This document shows positions 13,474-25,255 of a stretch of 64,000 bases of DNA, piece by piece. Position 1 is the first letter of the stretch, and the number at the start of each line of letters is the position of its first letter. A program made the position numbers and the translations under genes. This DNA comes from Octopus sinensis (Eukaryota). Location of the stretch: NCBI RefSeq assembly GCF_006345805.1, contig NC_043009.1, forward strand, positions 16,740,001-16,804,000, in the 5' to 3' direction. The notes below the pieces were generated by a model, which saw only the letters and a list, made by a program, of their open reading frames with translations, was not told the DNA's origin and made no database searches.

Positions 13474-16394
13474 TGTTGTGAATCTTGCAGGCATGAAGTA
13501 GATTTGATCCTAGATAGCCAAATATAAATTAACACTTCAACAGCACTTTTCTCACAGTAAAACAATAGTTTTTCTGTAACAGCAGTTTACATTTGTCAGA
13601 TGCTTTGCTAAGCAAAACAATGTCTTCGCCACTTGGCCCTTCTAACCTCTTATAAGCCACCAAAAGCTAGAATTAAAATAACAAGTACCACCAATGAAAT
13701 CTACTGTTGTCAACAATATGTCTATTCTTCTGGATAGTTATAAAAACAAGAACCCCTGGGCAAAAGTCAGTTGGTGAGTTAGTGAGAATGGAGTCTGGTT
13801 GACTGGCTGAACAAAACGCTGTCACAAAAGGACAACTATGGTAACTCACTAATGAAGCAGTTGTTTCATTACAACTTGAATCACTCTTCTTTCATCTTTA
13901 CATAATGGCAATCAACTAACAACAAACTATTACAATTGGTGATGACCCTGAACTTCAATGAAGAACCAATCCTTACAAATTGGTTACTCAACCGTTACAC
14001 TAATTAACTTCTACCATTCCAAATTGGTGATCCTGACGTTGCACCATAACAGGCATCAATTACAAATTGGTGACCCCGTGTAAAAAGAATTGCTGCCTTC
14101 TAAAGCTACATTAGCTGCTATCTTTTCCTCACTACCTCAGCTTAAAAACAGAACTACAATCTTCATATTAACAGTTGTTAGACCAAAGGAAAAATAATGA
14201 CAACCTTTGTCTCCACCAAGATGCATCCTCCTTCGACCTGCTACAAAAAGCTCAATACTGCGATCCACTTCTCAACAATGCAACACTGCCAATGCACAAG
14301 GAATTTGCCGAACATGGAAGCCAATAAATGCATCATTTTGACAGCTACGTGCCCAGAAACTTATTGAATAACACTATGGAAGTCCACACGTGCAACATTT
14401 TCAACAGCCATAGACTTGGACTTTCTTTGCATTTCAAATGCTACTTTTTAGCTTTTCAGGACCAGAACACTTTCTAACCAAGTTTGTCATTTTAGCTTAA
14501 TTAATTTTGTTGTTTGCATTGCACACGCATTGTTCACCTGTTCTTATTACATGGTTTCTGCTAAATGTCTAATTTCTTTCTTCGCATGCACCTTTCCTAG
14601 GCACCTGGCCTTGCACATGCATCTGCATACATGGCACATTGTTACACACACACACACACACATGCTGTCATATTCATGCCCCACACATGCCTTTCTCGTT
14701 TGTTTTTCACGCTCCCTGTGCCCTTCTAGACACAACTAGTCTCTGTAAGACACTAGGTCGGTCATACATACATAGAGAAAGTTGTTTGTCCCTTACAATG
14801 CACCAGCATGCCACACATTCGCTCCTGTACAATCAAGGCATATAATACCTCATGCACTGGCTGGTATATTCAGCACTGCCTTAATCTCTGGCATATTTAA
14901 TACCGTACATTGTATTTGTAATCAATGCACTAGCATTACTGCCTCAGCCTTGCAAGCTCTGTTGTACACATGCACCTCTATTATGCCTCTACTGCCTTGT
15001 TTTGCAACACATCTGTGTCAGCTCAACACTTTTCCTGACTCGATTTACGTTGGATGTTCACATATTCAACGCTCATGTTTAGACATAATTTGCCCCTGTT
15101 AGACCCCTGTTTGGTCATGTAATTAACAGAGAAAATTATCTGTCTCGCGCATCACTCCAGCATGCTTACACTGTTGTCCTTGCTAACCTCAGCTAGTACC
15201 CACAACAACAGCACCAGGCATATTTCACTTCTGAAAAACCTTCAAGGCATTTCATAAACTGCAACCCTGCAGGAGGATCTTCCATATGATGGACTGAGAA
15301 TACACTCGCTCGCTCACCTGAGCTTATTTTACCGTGAATTTCAAAACCTGCACCTGCCCTTGTGTATACGCCCTCATGCGCACTCACATGCTCATTTTCT
15401 TTTCTGCCTAGTCATGACTGCACTCATTTCGACATGCAAAGCGACACCGCTATTCAAAATTATCCAAACAGAAAACTGTCCCATATACACTTCAATGATC
15501 CTCTCTCCTAATATGTGAAGGTTCTCCTCAAGCATAAATTTCTTTCTCTTCCTCAATTGTTCGCCCCCCCCCCCCGAAGCTCTCTGGTGGGGGAGTTATG
15601 TTGTGAATCTTGCAGGCATGAAGTAGATTCGATCCTAGATAGCCAAATTTAAATTAACATGTCAACAGCACTTTTCTCACAGTAAAACAATAGTTTTTCT
15701 GTGACAGCAGTTTACATTTGTCACATGCCTTAGCTAAGCAAAACAATGTCTTTGCCACTTGGCCCTTCTAACTTCTTATAAGCCACCAAAAGTTAGAATT
15801 AAAATAACAAGTATCACCAACGAAATCTATTGTTGTCAACGATATGTCTATTCTTCTGGATAGTTATAAAAACAAGAAGCCCCAGGCAAAAGTCAGTTGG
15901 TGATTTAGTGAGAACAGAGTCAAGCTGACCAGCTGAACAAAACGCCATCGCAAAAGAGCACAAAAGGACAATTATGGTAACTCACCAATGAAGCACTTCT
16001 TTCGTCCCACACTCTCTCACTAGCTCACTTTATTTTCTCTTACAACATCACTATTTCTATCTGTAATTACTACTACACAATGATGAGATCACAAACACAA
16101 ACTATACAAGGAAAATCTATGACATCTATCTTTACTTTGCATGCTTTACGATTTTATCACCTGCCTGTTGAGGCAAGGTATTTTACAATGTAACGGTACA
16201 ATAAATATTTTCTTCAATCACCGTTCTTTCATCTCCACATAATGGCAATTAATTAACAACAAACTATTACAACTGGTGATGACCCCGAAGTTCCATACTA
16301 CTGTTTACAAATTAATTTCAACCGTTACAAAAATAAACTTCTACTGTTACAAATTGGTGACTCAACCGTTACACTAATTAACTTTTACCGTTAT
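13474..16394 (+). mobile_element. non-autonomous LTR retrotransposon (5' LTR 13474-14021, 3' LTR 15599-16394) with tRNA-Trp PBS array
   Basis: Two direct repeats starting TGTTGTGAATCTTGCAGGCATG; purine tract GGTGGGGGAG just before 15599; PBS-like TGGTGATCCTGACG (14025) and TGGTGACCCCG (14068); 1.5-kb interior without a long ORF; flanked by TA repeats. Confidence 0.9.
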
Positions 16395-16401
16395 ATATAT
16401 C

Positions 16402-17547
16402 TCAGGTTATGCCATTAGAAATGTCCAGATTTTAAATAAGGAAAGCAAGTGGTCAAACCTCACATTTTAATGGAACTTCATTGTCGATCTAGTTTCCTTG
16501 ATTATCTATGACATCTTTCTATCTACTCGTAAGCTTTTTAATCTCATTAGTGAAAAACTCTTTCAGTTTTGAAGAGAAGAATTCTGAAAGGCCAGTTTCA
16601 ACTTCCTCAGTTGTTTTGAGAGTTAATCCATCCAAATCATTCTGTAAACTACAGAAGAAATGGTAATCTGGGGAATAAGGTGGATGAGCAATTTTCTCCC
16701 AGCCAAGTTCTTTGATCTTTGCAGTGTGGGGTCTTGCACTGTCCTGATGAAACATCAGTCCCTTTTGGTTCACTACAGCAGGCATTTTTTTCTTCAAAGC
16801 AGTGTTCAAACACTCAAATTGCTGACAGTAGATTTGAGCACTTATCATTGCATTTGTTTGTAGCAACTGAAAGTGGATGATTCCTTTGCAATCCCACCGA
16901 ACAGAGAAAACCTTCTTTGCATGGAATTCCCTTTTTGGTTGTGGTTGGGCCTTTTCCCCTTCACCAAGCAAATGTCTATTACACTTAAGATTTTGATAAA
17001 AAGCCCATTTTTCCTCACCAGTCTGTCCAAAAACAGTGAGATGAGTTAACAAGAATGAAAAGAGATGTGCACTTGGAATTTGCAGTTGGCTACAGACAAA
17101 TCACAAGGCACCCGCTTTGGGACCTTTCCAAGCAAGTTCTACCAAAAGTAGCTTGTCATCAAACTCAACTAGATGTTCTGTCCGGGCCTCATCTTCAAGG
17201 CTGAAATCTTCTCTTCTGAATTTTACAAATCTTCTTCTGCAAGTTCTTCCATTCAGGTACTCTTCTCCATAAGCTGAGTGAAAATTTCAAGTCACTTCAG
17301 CTACAGAGTTTCCTTTTTTAAACTCATAAAGTATTATGTACCTCAAATACTCCTTAGACACTTTCATGTTTGAAGAGCTATAATTAGTGAAATTTCAATT
17401 AGATTATCCTGCAAAAACGAAATTTAATTAGTTTAAATATGTCCAAATACATATATTACTTGATGCCATTGAACATTCTAAAATACTGTTAAAGCATTTA
17501 CAAATTGAAAATATAGAAGTCCAGATATTACTTATGGGATGACCTGA
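16402..17547 (-). mobile_element. mariner element (decayed)
   Basis: ORF 16519-17052 contains WDCKGIIHF...FHQDSARPHTA...HPPYSPDYHFF; degenerate TIRs TCAGGTTATGCCATTAG and CTTATGGGATGACCTGA. Confidence 0.9.
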
Positions 17548-17551
17548 TATA

Positions 17552-18926
17552 TCAGGTTGAGTCAAAAGTAAGCAATGTTTTGAACCACGAAGAATTTGTA
17601 CTGGATTTTTGTAGAGTTTGGAATTTTTTTTAAACATTTTTTTGCAATTCTCTGATAATACAGACATGGGCTTACCCAAATGCATCAATAAATTGATATC
17701 TTTTTCACTGTTGTTACAAACATCTGAAATGGAACTGTCAAAGTGCGATATTTGAGCAATTTTGCTATTCAACTTCAAAAAAGGATGTAAAAAAGAAGCT
17801 GAAACTGCTCGCAAATGTTTGGTGAGGAAATGACCAGTGAGTGGTCAGCTCAAAAGTGGTTTAAACAATTTTGCAGAACTATGTGGTTGGAAAATAATGG
17901 TTTAAACAATTTTGAAGCTTGTGAGTGTAGTGGACACCCATCTGTCATCTTTGATGGTCAATTAAAGACCATCATTGAGAAAGATTCACGTAAAACCACT
18001 CAAGAACTGGCAAAAGAACTTAGCCAGAAAAGTTAGCCAGAAAACTGCTTGCAACCATTTGTGTGTGATTGGAAAATCAAAAATGCTCGACAAATGGATA
18101 CCATATGATTAGAATGAAAATTAGAAAATGCGCGGATATGCTCATTGCTTCTTCTCCATAACCAGACTGTATTGTAACTTACGATGAAAAGTGGATTCTG
18201 TACAATAAAAAAAAAGTTCTTTGCAGTGGTTGGACCAAAATGAAGCACTGAAAATCTTCCCTAAGAAACCTCAGCTCTATAAAGAAAGTTCTGGTGACTG
18301 TTAGGTGGCGTATGCTGGACTCATCCACTATAACTTCTTAAAACCCGGACAAACCATTATTGCAGAAACATATTGCCATAAAATTACCAAAATGAATGAA
18401 AAACTGCTACCCCTTTGTCCCAGACTAGTCAACAGAAGAGGGCCAATCATTCTTCATAACAATACTCGACCACATGTTTCACTACGAAGTTCTTTCCCAC
18501 CCGCTTATTCCTCAGACCTTTCTCCTACCACTTTTTCAAGCACCTTAATGGTTTCCTGTGAGAGAAGGATTTCAAAAATCAAACTGATGCTGAAAGTGCG
18601 TTGAAAGAGTTCATCAGCTCCAGATTTTTATGTTACTGGAATAAACAAACTTGTAACTCGTTGGCAAAAATGTGTTGATTGTAGTGGTACTTACTTTGAT
18701 GAATAAAATTCCTGCCAGTGTTGAGTTAATGCACCCATGCCAGTGGCACATAAAAAAACACCTAGCACACTCTGTTAAGTGGTTGGCATTAGGAAGGGCA
18801 TCCAACTGTAGAAGCCATACCACAACAGACAGATGGGGTCTGGACAGCTCCCTGCTAGCCAACTCCATTTCAAACCATCCAACACATTCCAGCATGGAAA
18901 GCAGACATTAAATGATGATAACCTAA
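17552..18926 (+). mobile_element. mariner element (decayed), with an RTE-tail insert at 18731-18918
   Basis: Fragments read AQKWFKQF...SGHPSVIF...DEKWILYN...ILHNNTRPH...PAYSSDLSPT; left end TA-TCAGGTTGAGTCAAAAGTAA; right TIR mostly lost. Confidence 0.85.
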
Positions 18927-19429
18927 TCAACTGTGAAAGTAATGTTAGAATAACACAGTTGCCAGAGTAAAAATAGGGTGAAAAAAGTTTCAGGAGCTAT
19001 CAGCTTAATTGATAACAAAGGCCTTCCCTCTCCAAGTAATAGGCAAGCTATATAATACTAGCATATGATGGGCAATATTTCACCTCATATAGTCCAGCCA
19101 TGACTAAAAGTACTGAATGTGGAGGATGTGCAAAGACTAATGTCAGCATGCATGAATGAAAGGTCATAAACGTGCTGAGACAGAAATTGGGCACTAGAGG
19201 TAACACAGTATGTCCAGAAATAACCACCATGATCTGAAGCATTTTACTTAACTACATCATCCATCTAAGATTGCCGTTGTTGTTGAGCTGACTATTCTGT
19301 CACATTAGAGTTATCAAAGATTACGTGTCCTTCCTTCCTTATTTAAGATGGTAGGGGTGTGATTTGAAGGAAACTGGCTGCTACTTCCAGCAAATAAGAG
19401 GCCACTTGGAAGTTTCCTGCAAGGGTTTT

Positions 19430-20742
19430 GATGATACGTATTGGATTTAACATATTTAACTTTGGACACCGTGTAAATTAGCGAAAGAAAATTGGGCTTA
19501 TGTTTCGATATGACTCTGTCTCAGGAATTTAAAAACCTTATTATTCAAAAGTACAATGAAAATAATGGCTATAAAAAGATGGCAAAAACTTTAGAATTGC
19601 CCCTAAGCACTGTTAAAACTGTAGTTAAGAAGTGGTTGCTGCACAAAACCACTGCTACCCTATCAAGATCTGGGAGACCGAGCAAACTTACCAGAAGAGC
19701 AAAGTCAAAACTGGTCCAGGAGGCAACCTCCAACCCTAGTGCAACACTGGAAGACTTGAAAGCTTCAGTTTCCAGTACTGAGACAGATGTCCATGCATCT
19801 ACAATTTCCAGAGTATTGCACCGGTATGGCCTGCAATGGAGGGTAGCTAGAAAAAAGCCCCTTCTGAAGCCTATGCACAAGCAAGCTAGGCTAAACTTTG
19901 CAAAAATTCACATTAATGATTCCATGACTATGTGGCGAAAGACTTTGTGGTCAGATGAGACCAAAGGCAAGTTATTTTGGAAAAATACAAAACGCTACGT
20001 TTGGTGGAAAAAGGCACTGCTCACCAACCTCGTTACACCATCCCCACTGTAAAGCACGGCGGTGGCTCGATCATGCTTTGGGGCTGTTTTTCGGCTGCAG
20101 GGCCTGGAGAGTTGGTAACCATCCAAGGTATCATGGACAGTGTCAAGTACCAAGAAATATTGGAGGCAAATCTGCTAAAGTCTGCAAGAGCTCTGCGCTT
20201 GGGTCGCAATTTCAAGTTTCAACAAGATAACGACCCACAAGCATGTGTCAAAAAGCACTAAAGCTTGGTTTGCTAGCAAGAAAATCACAGTTTTTGAGTG
20301 ACCCAGCCAGTCTCCAGACCTTAATCCTATAGAAAATCTATGGCGAGATCTAAAGCTGGCAATGCACCAACGTTCCCCATCCACTCTGACACAGCTCGAG
20401 AAGTTCTGCCATGAAGAATGGCGAAAACTGTCAGATGACCACTGCAGCAAGCTCCTGGAACCCGAGGCGTCTGCAGGCTGTAATTGACGCAGCAGGATCA
20501 TCTACAAAGTAATAACTGAAGATATTCCAAAGGGGGTGTAGACTTGAAAAGACATTTTTCAAAATTATCTTTGTTTAAGAACCAGTTTAAAAGTTTTCAA
20601 ATGTATTTTATGTATTAAATAAAAGTGTGATAGATCTGCTTATTAAAACAAATCATTGGAGTTTAAAATATTAATTGTTCCTATCAAAACAAACAAAACA
20701 CATTCAGTTTCCGAGCGGGGCGTAGACTTTTGCAAGGCACTG
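19430..20742 (+). mobile_element. Tc1-family (DD34E) transposon, relatively young, left TIR missing
   Basis: Paired HTH with RSGRPSKL, WSDETK, TVKHGGGSIMLWGCF, FQQDNDP and SPDLNPIENLW; few frameshifts/stops. Right IR/DR-type end has an inner repeat at ~20530 and outer ...GTAGACTTTTGCAAGGCACTG-TA at 20742. Confidence 0.95.
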
Positions 20743-21369
20743 TAACAGCTGAGCAGCACGCACAGGCCTTCGAGTCAAAACGAAGAATAGCCCAAAATTA
20801 TTTACTTAATTTCTTCGTATTTAATTCGGTAAATGCCCACCAGAATATTAAGACATAAAAATTGACACACTGAAATATGTTTGTATTACGTGAACACGCC
20901 AATGCTTGTGTTTGTCTACACATGAACAGAAATCTTCACCACGAGTAATACACTGCAGGTGAACACCGGAAAACACACCAATCTTCACACAGTCCTTCGT
21001 TATGATACAATACTAAATACACGTGTAAGCAGTACCAAAACACGGTACCTGTCACGAGACACTAAAATAAACTATTCACACTAGAACATTCCGTAATTGC
21101 ACCCAGTTACAAACAAGAGAAGTGTTCTCGGCGAAGGTAAAGACTACGTACACCCGGTGGCTAGGTTAGGGTTTACGATTACGGTTTTTGTTACGCTGAA
21201 AAGAGGAGGTGTGCGTATTCTTTACCTCCGCCGTTTTCTCTTTAAAGAACATGAGAATGTTTCAATACAAGAAGTCTTTATGGTGAGTTTTTCTCAAAGT
21301 GCACACGACGCGTAATGAAACAACAAAACTAAAAGGCGTCATTATGGTATTAAAAAAAAGATTAGTTAC

Positions 21370-21447
21370 CGTTTTGAGCAGAGGTAATTTCGCCTTTACA
21401 ACTAGATTCCATACGGCAGGATCGCGATGTTGTGGTACGTCAGCCAT
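21370..21447 (-). CDS. first coding exon of a divergent gene, probably COMMD8-like
   Basis: CAAAATGGCT start context; 26 codons MADVPQHRDPAVWNLVVKAKLPLLKT ending in a phase-0 donor ACG|GTAACT; resembles recalled human COMMD8 start MEPEEGTPLWRLQKLPAELGPQ. No exon 2 recognised in the window. Confidence 0.5.
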
Positions 21448-21461
21448 TTTGACAACAACGA

Positions 21462-21471
21462 ATCACGTGAC
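21462..21471 (-). promoter_or_regulatory. E-box / CLEAR-like site GTCACGTGAT
   Basis: Palindromic TCACGTGA ~15 bp upstream of the minus-strand ATG. Confidence 0.4.
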
Positions 21472-21581
21472 AGTAATTAGAGTACCAAGTGGGAGGGGGG
21501 GGGGCTTAATTGCTTTATTTTCTTCACTCGGTAATCGAGTTTGACTTACCATTTCATGTGTCCGCGACCAGTTAGAACTAT

Positions 21582-21584
<3 letters not shown>

Positions 21585-21632
<48 letters not shown>
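21585..21632. repeat. (TA)n microsatellite
   Basis: Pure TA run. Other simple repeats include (ATT)n at 29895-29940, (CA)n at 46615-46670 and (TA)n at 47690-47725 and 47873-47906. Confidence 0.95.
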
Positions 21633-21634
<2 letters not shown>

Positions 21635-22504
21635 CCAGCACTTCCCACTTTATTTATCTATTTGTCCTGTGTTGTCCCATTCTGTATAAGATCGTCCTGA
21701 TCATAATAAAGATTCCACTTTATCTATTTATTTATTTATTTATTTTATCAATGCCGGTATTACTGTCACAGTCAATTATTATTTGCGAAGGATTGTGCTG
21801 TTATTTCTAGCTAGCTGTACGAGCATATAGAGCAGATATTTCCAACCACTGTCTTACGTATGATTTACAGGTGCCACGAATCGGAAAATTCTAAGATATT
21901 GAGAAAACTCAAATGTTTTTAAAACACCACACTTTCGAAGCATGCGTATTTATTTTCGGCAAATTGCAATGCATACGCCCATCTATTTGGGAACGATTTT
22001 ATATTCATTTCTATAATAAAAATTTTTTTAAAAAAGGTTTAAAAGAGCTAATGATGCGATATAACACGTAGCACCTTATTCAGTGTGTCGTGGATGAAAA
22101 GTTAAAATTGCTGATACGAAAGTTGGTTTGTAGTTGTGAGTGTATGAGCATGTGTACAGGTAGTGTAGATGGTTTCTTTGTCTGGCTATGTGACAGAGAA
22201 TATGCATGTACTGGGGGCGTTTCTTTGTATATGTTTGAGCCTTGTTGCTGTTTTTTTTTCTGCCAGTATAATGCATATAGAAACAACGCACTCATAGCTA
22301 TTAGTTTATGTATGAACTTAAAGCACCCTTAAGCCAAGAATACTTACTCGTGAACATTTAGATATGTATTAAAGCATAGTTACAAACACCGTACACTCAA
22401 TTATGATATAATATAAACACACATATATAATGTACATATATGCTCATATGGGACGATAAACGACCGGAAAGCCTTTAATTATGTTTACTCCATCAGGGTT
22501 AACC

Positions 22505-22695
22505 AGGGATGGCAGAAACGTTAGCACGCCGGGCAAAATGCTTAGTGATATTTCGTCAGTCTTTACGTTCTGAGTTCAAATTCCGCCGCGGTCGACTTTG
22601 CCTTTCATCCTTTCGGGGTCGATAAATTAAGTACCAATTGCTTACTGGAGTCGATCTGATCGACTGGCCCCTACCTCAAAAATTTCGGGCCTTGT
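22505..22695 (+). mobile_element. tRNA-derived SINE, second family
   Basis: TGGCAGAAACGTTAGCACGCCGG...GAGTTCAAATTCC...GCCTTTCATCCTTTCGGGGTCGATAAA; same family as 54088-54318 and copies at 27100-27305, 37830-38040, 52615-53030, 55090-55960. Confidence 0.85.
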
Positions 22696-24857
22696 AGGCC
22701 CCTAGCAAATCACTACACCGGTCCCAATAGTACTTACTGGGCACAATAGCACTAACTGGGACTAACAGCGGACTACAACGTACATAGGTCAGAATTGGGC
22801 CCCTGGGCAACTACCGAGTATGCCCATGCCTTAAGACGGCTTTACGTGTAGTTTTTAGTTGTGGCCACTCACATTCGAAGTTCAAATCTCGCTGAGATAA
22901 AAAAAAAAAAAACCAACAAAACTGCATACCAGTCAATAACTGAACATATTTCTATAATCAATATATCAACGACTTGAATGAAATTATAGTAGAAGACTAC
23001 ACTTGAGTCTTCCGAACATCTCTCCTTCTTTCGTTCTCTCCAATATACACTTTAGATGATTGGCTAAACTCTATACCAATGAAATCACTTTACTATAGTT
23101 TTTCTTTTCCTGTCTTTCACACCGTTCCACGTTTGTTATTGTTTTTTTTTCTTTTATATTCTCACTCAATTTCCTCTTTTTCTGTCCTGCCGTCGCCGTT
23201 TCTATCTCTATTTTCTCACTCATTCATTGCTCTCATTATTCCGCTTTTTGTTCCATTCTCTTCTTTCTGCCACTTATAGTTATCCTCCCCACCTTCCTCT
23301 CTCACAACTTTACTGCTTCACTCCCCCCCTACTTTAGCTGAGACACGTCATGACATGTAGAACAACAACAACAACTACTTGGCAGCGGTACTTCCTACTG
23401 CTGTGTGTGAGGAGATCGATCGTAGCTACTAACGCTGCAAAGGCACTGTTGTGATTTCTGGGACTCTGGGATAAACAAAAGGAAAACTAGCCAAGTATTG
23501 AACTATAATCGGCACATGTTCCAGCAGTTCGTTGTTGGAAAACAGGGAAGTCGAATTGTCACGAGAAACTTTCTCCTTCGTCCTTCTTATACATATATAT
23601 ATATATAAAAGAGTGAAGAGTATGTGTTCCAGTTATTGAAGTACGGCCGTGCTGGAGCTCTACACTAATTTATCTGTTCTTCGTTAACGAGCGTTTTGAT
23701 ATAAATGCTGAAAAGAAAATTACAACATAAATGAAAATGATGAATTTTTTTTAAACAATAAGAAATTTGTTTTCATCTTGGTGAACAGTCAATATAAATA
23801 GCAACAACATCATCGAAAAAAGTCCATTAAAAACTATTTGAGCTGGCTAAGAAGAGGAAACTAAAGCAGAAGTAGGAAGCCAGGAAGTGGAATGTTTCAC
23901 TTCGCACAACTTTTTGTTGTTCAATGATGAAAATATGCTGAAGTGTGCAGTTAGAGATTATGAATCTAATGAGCTGTGTGACATCTATTCTTTACACGAG
24001 CTAACTGCAGAAATGGATTGGAAGTGACCACAGCGGACAATGTATGCTGTCTGTCGATCCGTTCGAAATGAAGAACTGTAGAACCGCTAATTTCAAAGGA
24101 AGGATTTCCAAATGTTCGGAGTATCAGAGATGACAAGATGGTCAGGTTGGAAATTACCTAAATACTAAAGAGTAAAAAGAATACGCACGCTTTAAGTGCG
24201 AAAATCTTACACGAACTCGAAAACCTGTTTGTCTTTCATTGTTACCCACTTAACGCCATCCACTGCTACTTAGGTAATAAGTTTCGTGTTATTCGGATAC
24301 TTGCTAAAAACATCTGCCAGTAGTGAAAGCTTAAGCCATCCAAGTGTATTTGTATTAATATTATCTTTGGAATCCTAAGAAATCTGTTGCCGAATAGTTA
24401 ATTCCAGCACAAATACTAAATTTATCACTGTAAATGCAATTAACTTGTTGATCTGATCCAATCTTCGATTATAGCAGGTGCTTTATATATATATATGGTT
24501 TTACACTCCACAATTATTTTTACATACCTTTCTCTTATTAATTATCAATAGTCATATCATTGTGTAACATATTATAACTATTACTACTATAAATTAAAGA
24601 AAACGTTAAGGCTAATCCCATGTGTATTCCTTCTTTACTTGCGGATTAGTTTGTCAAGGTATTTATTACTTGTTAGAAGCAGCACGTTGACAGCCCTTTA
24701 AATACTTTATAATTATTATGGGTTTAATGTAATTACTTTTCGAATATGATTATGCTTCACGTTTAATGTATATTTAACGTATCAACAATGCTTGAGAATT
24801 TATTTAGTTGATTGTATATATATAACTGTGCTCGTCATATATATATATATTACCAAT

Positions 24858-25255
24858 ATGTGTTTAATGGACTTTTTCTCGCGTCTTCTTCAAAGCTCAT
24901 CTCCTCGACGCACCAGTCGCCGTATTGTCCCCAATCACACTATAAACAAACGACTTTCCGATAAAGACCACCCAAATCATGCTTATAAAACCAACAGAAT
25001 AAAAACTACCAAATATAGCATTTTAACGTTTATACCTAAAAATCTTTTTGAACAGTTCCACCGTTTAGCTAACATTTTTTTCATACTTGTGGTGATTCTA
25101 AATTGGATTCCACAGGTACAGGCTTTCGGTAAAGAAATAGCCATGGTACCTGTGATATTTGTTCTTGGAGTAACTGCTGTTAAAGATATATTTGAAGATT
25201 TCCGGAGAGGATTATCAGACAGACAGATCAACCAGAAAACGTGTCGAGTTTTGCG
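24858..25255 (+). CDS. ATP10: P4-ATPase phospholipid flippase, ATP10-type, first coding exon (N-terminus, TM1-TM2)
   Basis: RRIVPNH...NRIKTTKYSILTFIPKNLFEQFHRLANIFFILVVILNWIPQVQAFGKEIAMVPVIFVLGVTAVKDIFEDFRR; EQFHR and LNWxP are ATP10-like; phase-2 donor CG|GTATGT. Start is ATG 24858 or 24867. Confidence 0.93.

Larger units (their letters stand above)
20750..24400. promoter_or_regulatory. CpG-retaining divergent promoter / 5'UTR region
   Basis: CpG is visibly frequent here and scarce in 1-19 kb and 30-64 kb (judged by eye, not counted); the block lies between two oppositely oriented first coding exons. Confidence 0.6.

Noticed and set aside
13930-14080. True CRISPR array
   Set aside because: Eukaryotic context with no cas genes; the repeats match a tRNA PBS inside an LTR element.
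17428-17814. 128-aa minus ORF as an exon of the divergent gene
   Set aside because: It spans the mariner-mariner junction, antisense to a transposase start.
21215-21245. Second donor-like site GAG|GTAAAG on the minus strand
   Set aside because: Could be an alternative non-coding exon, but there is no start codon or other support.
22700-22845. GC-rich structured segment as a promoter ncRNA
   Set aside because: The end GCCCATGCCTTAAGACGGC looks like a DNA-transposon terminal fragment; no partner TIR or RNA motif found.
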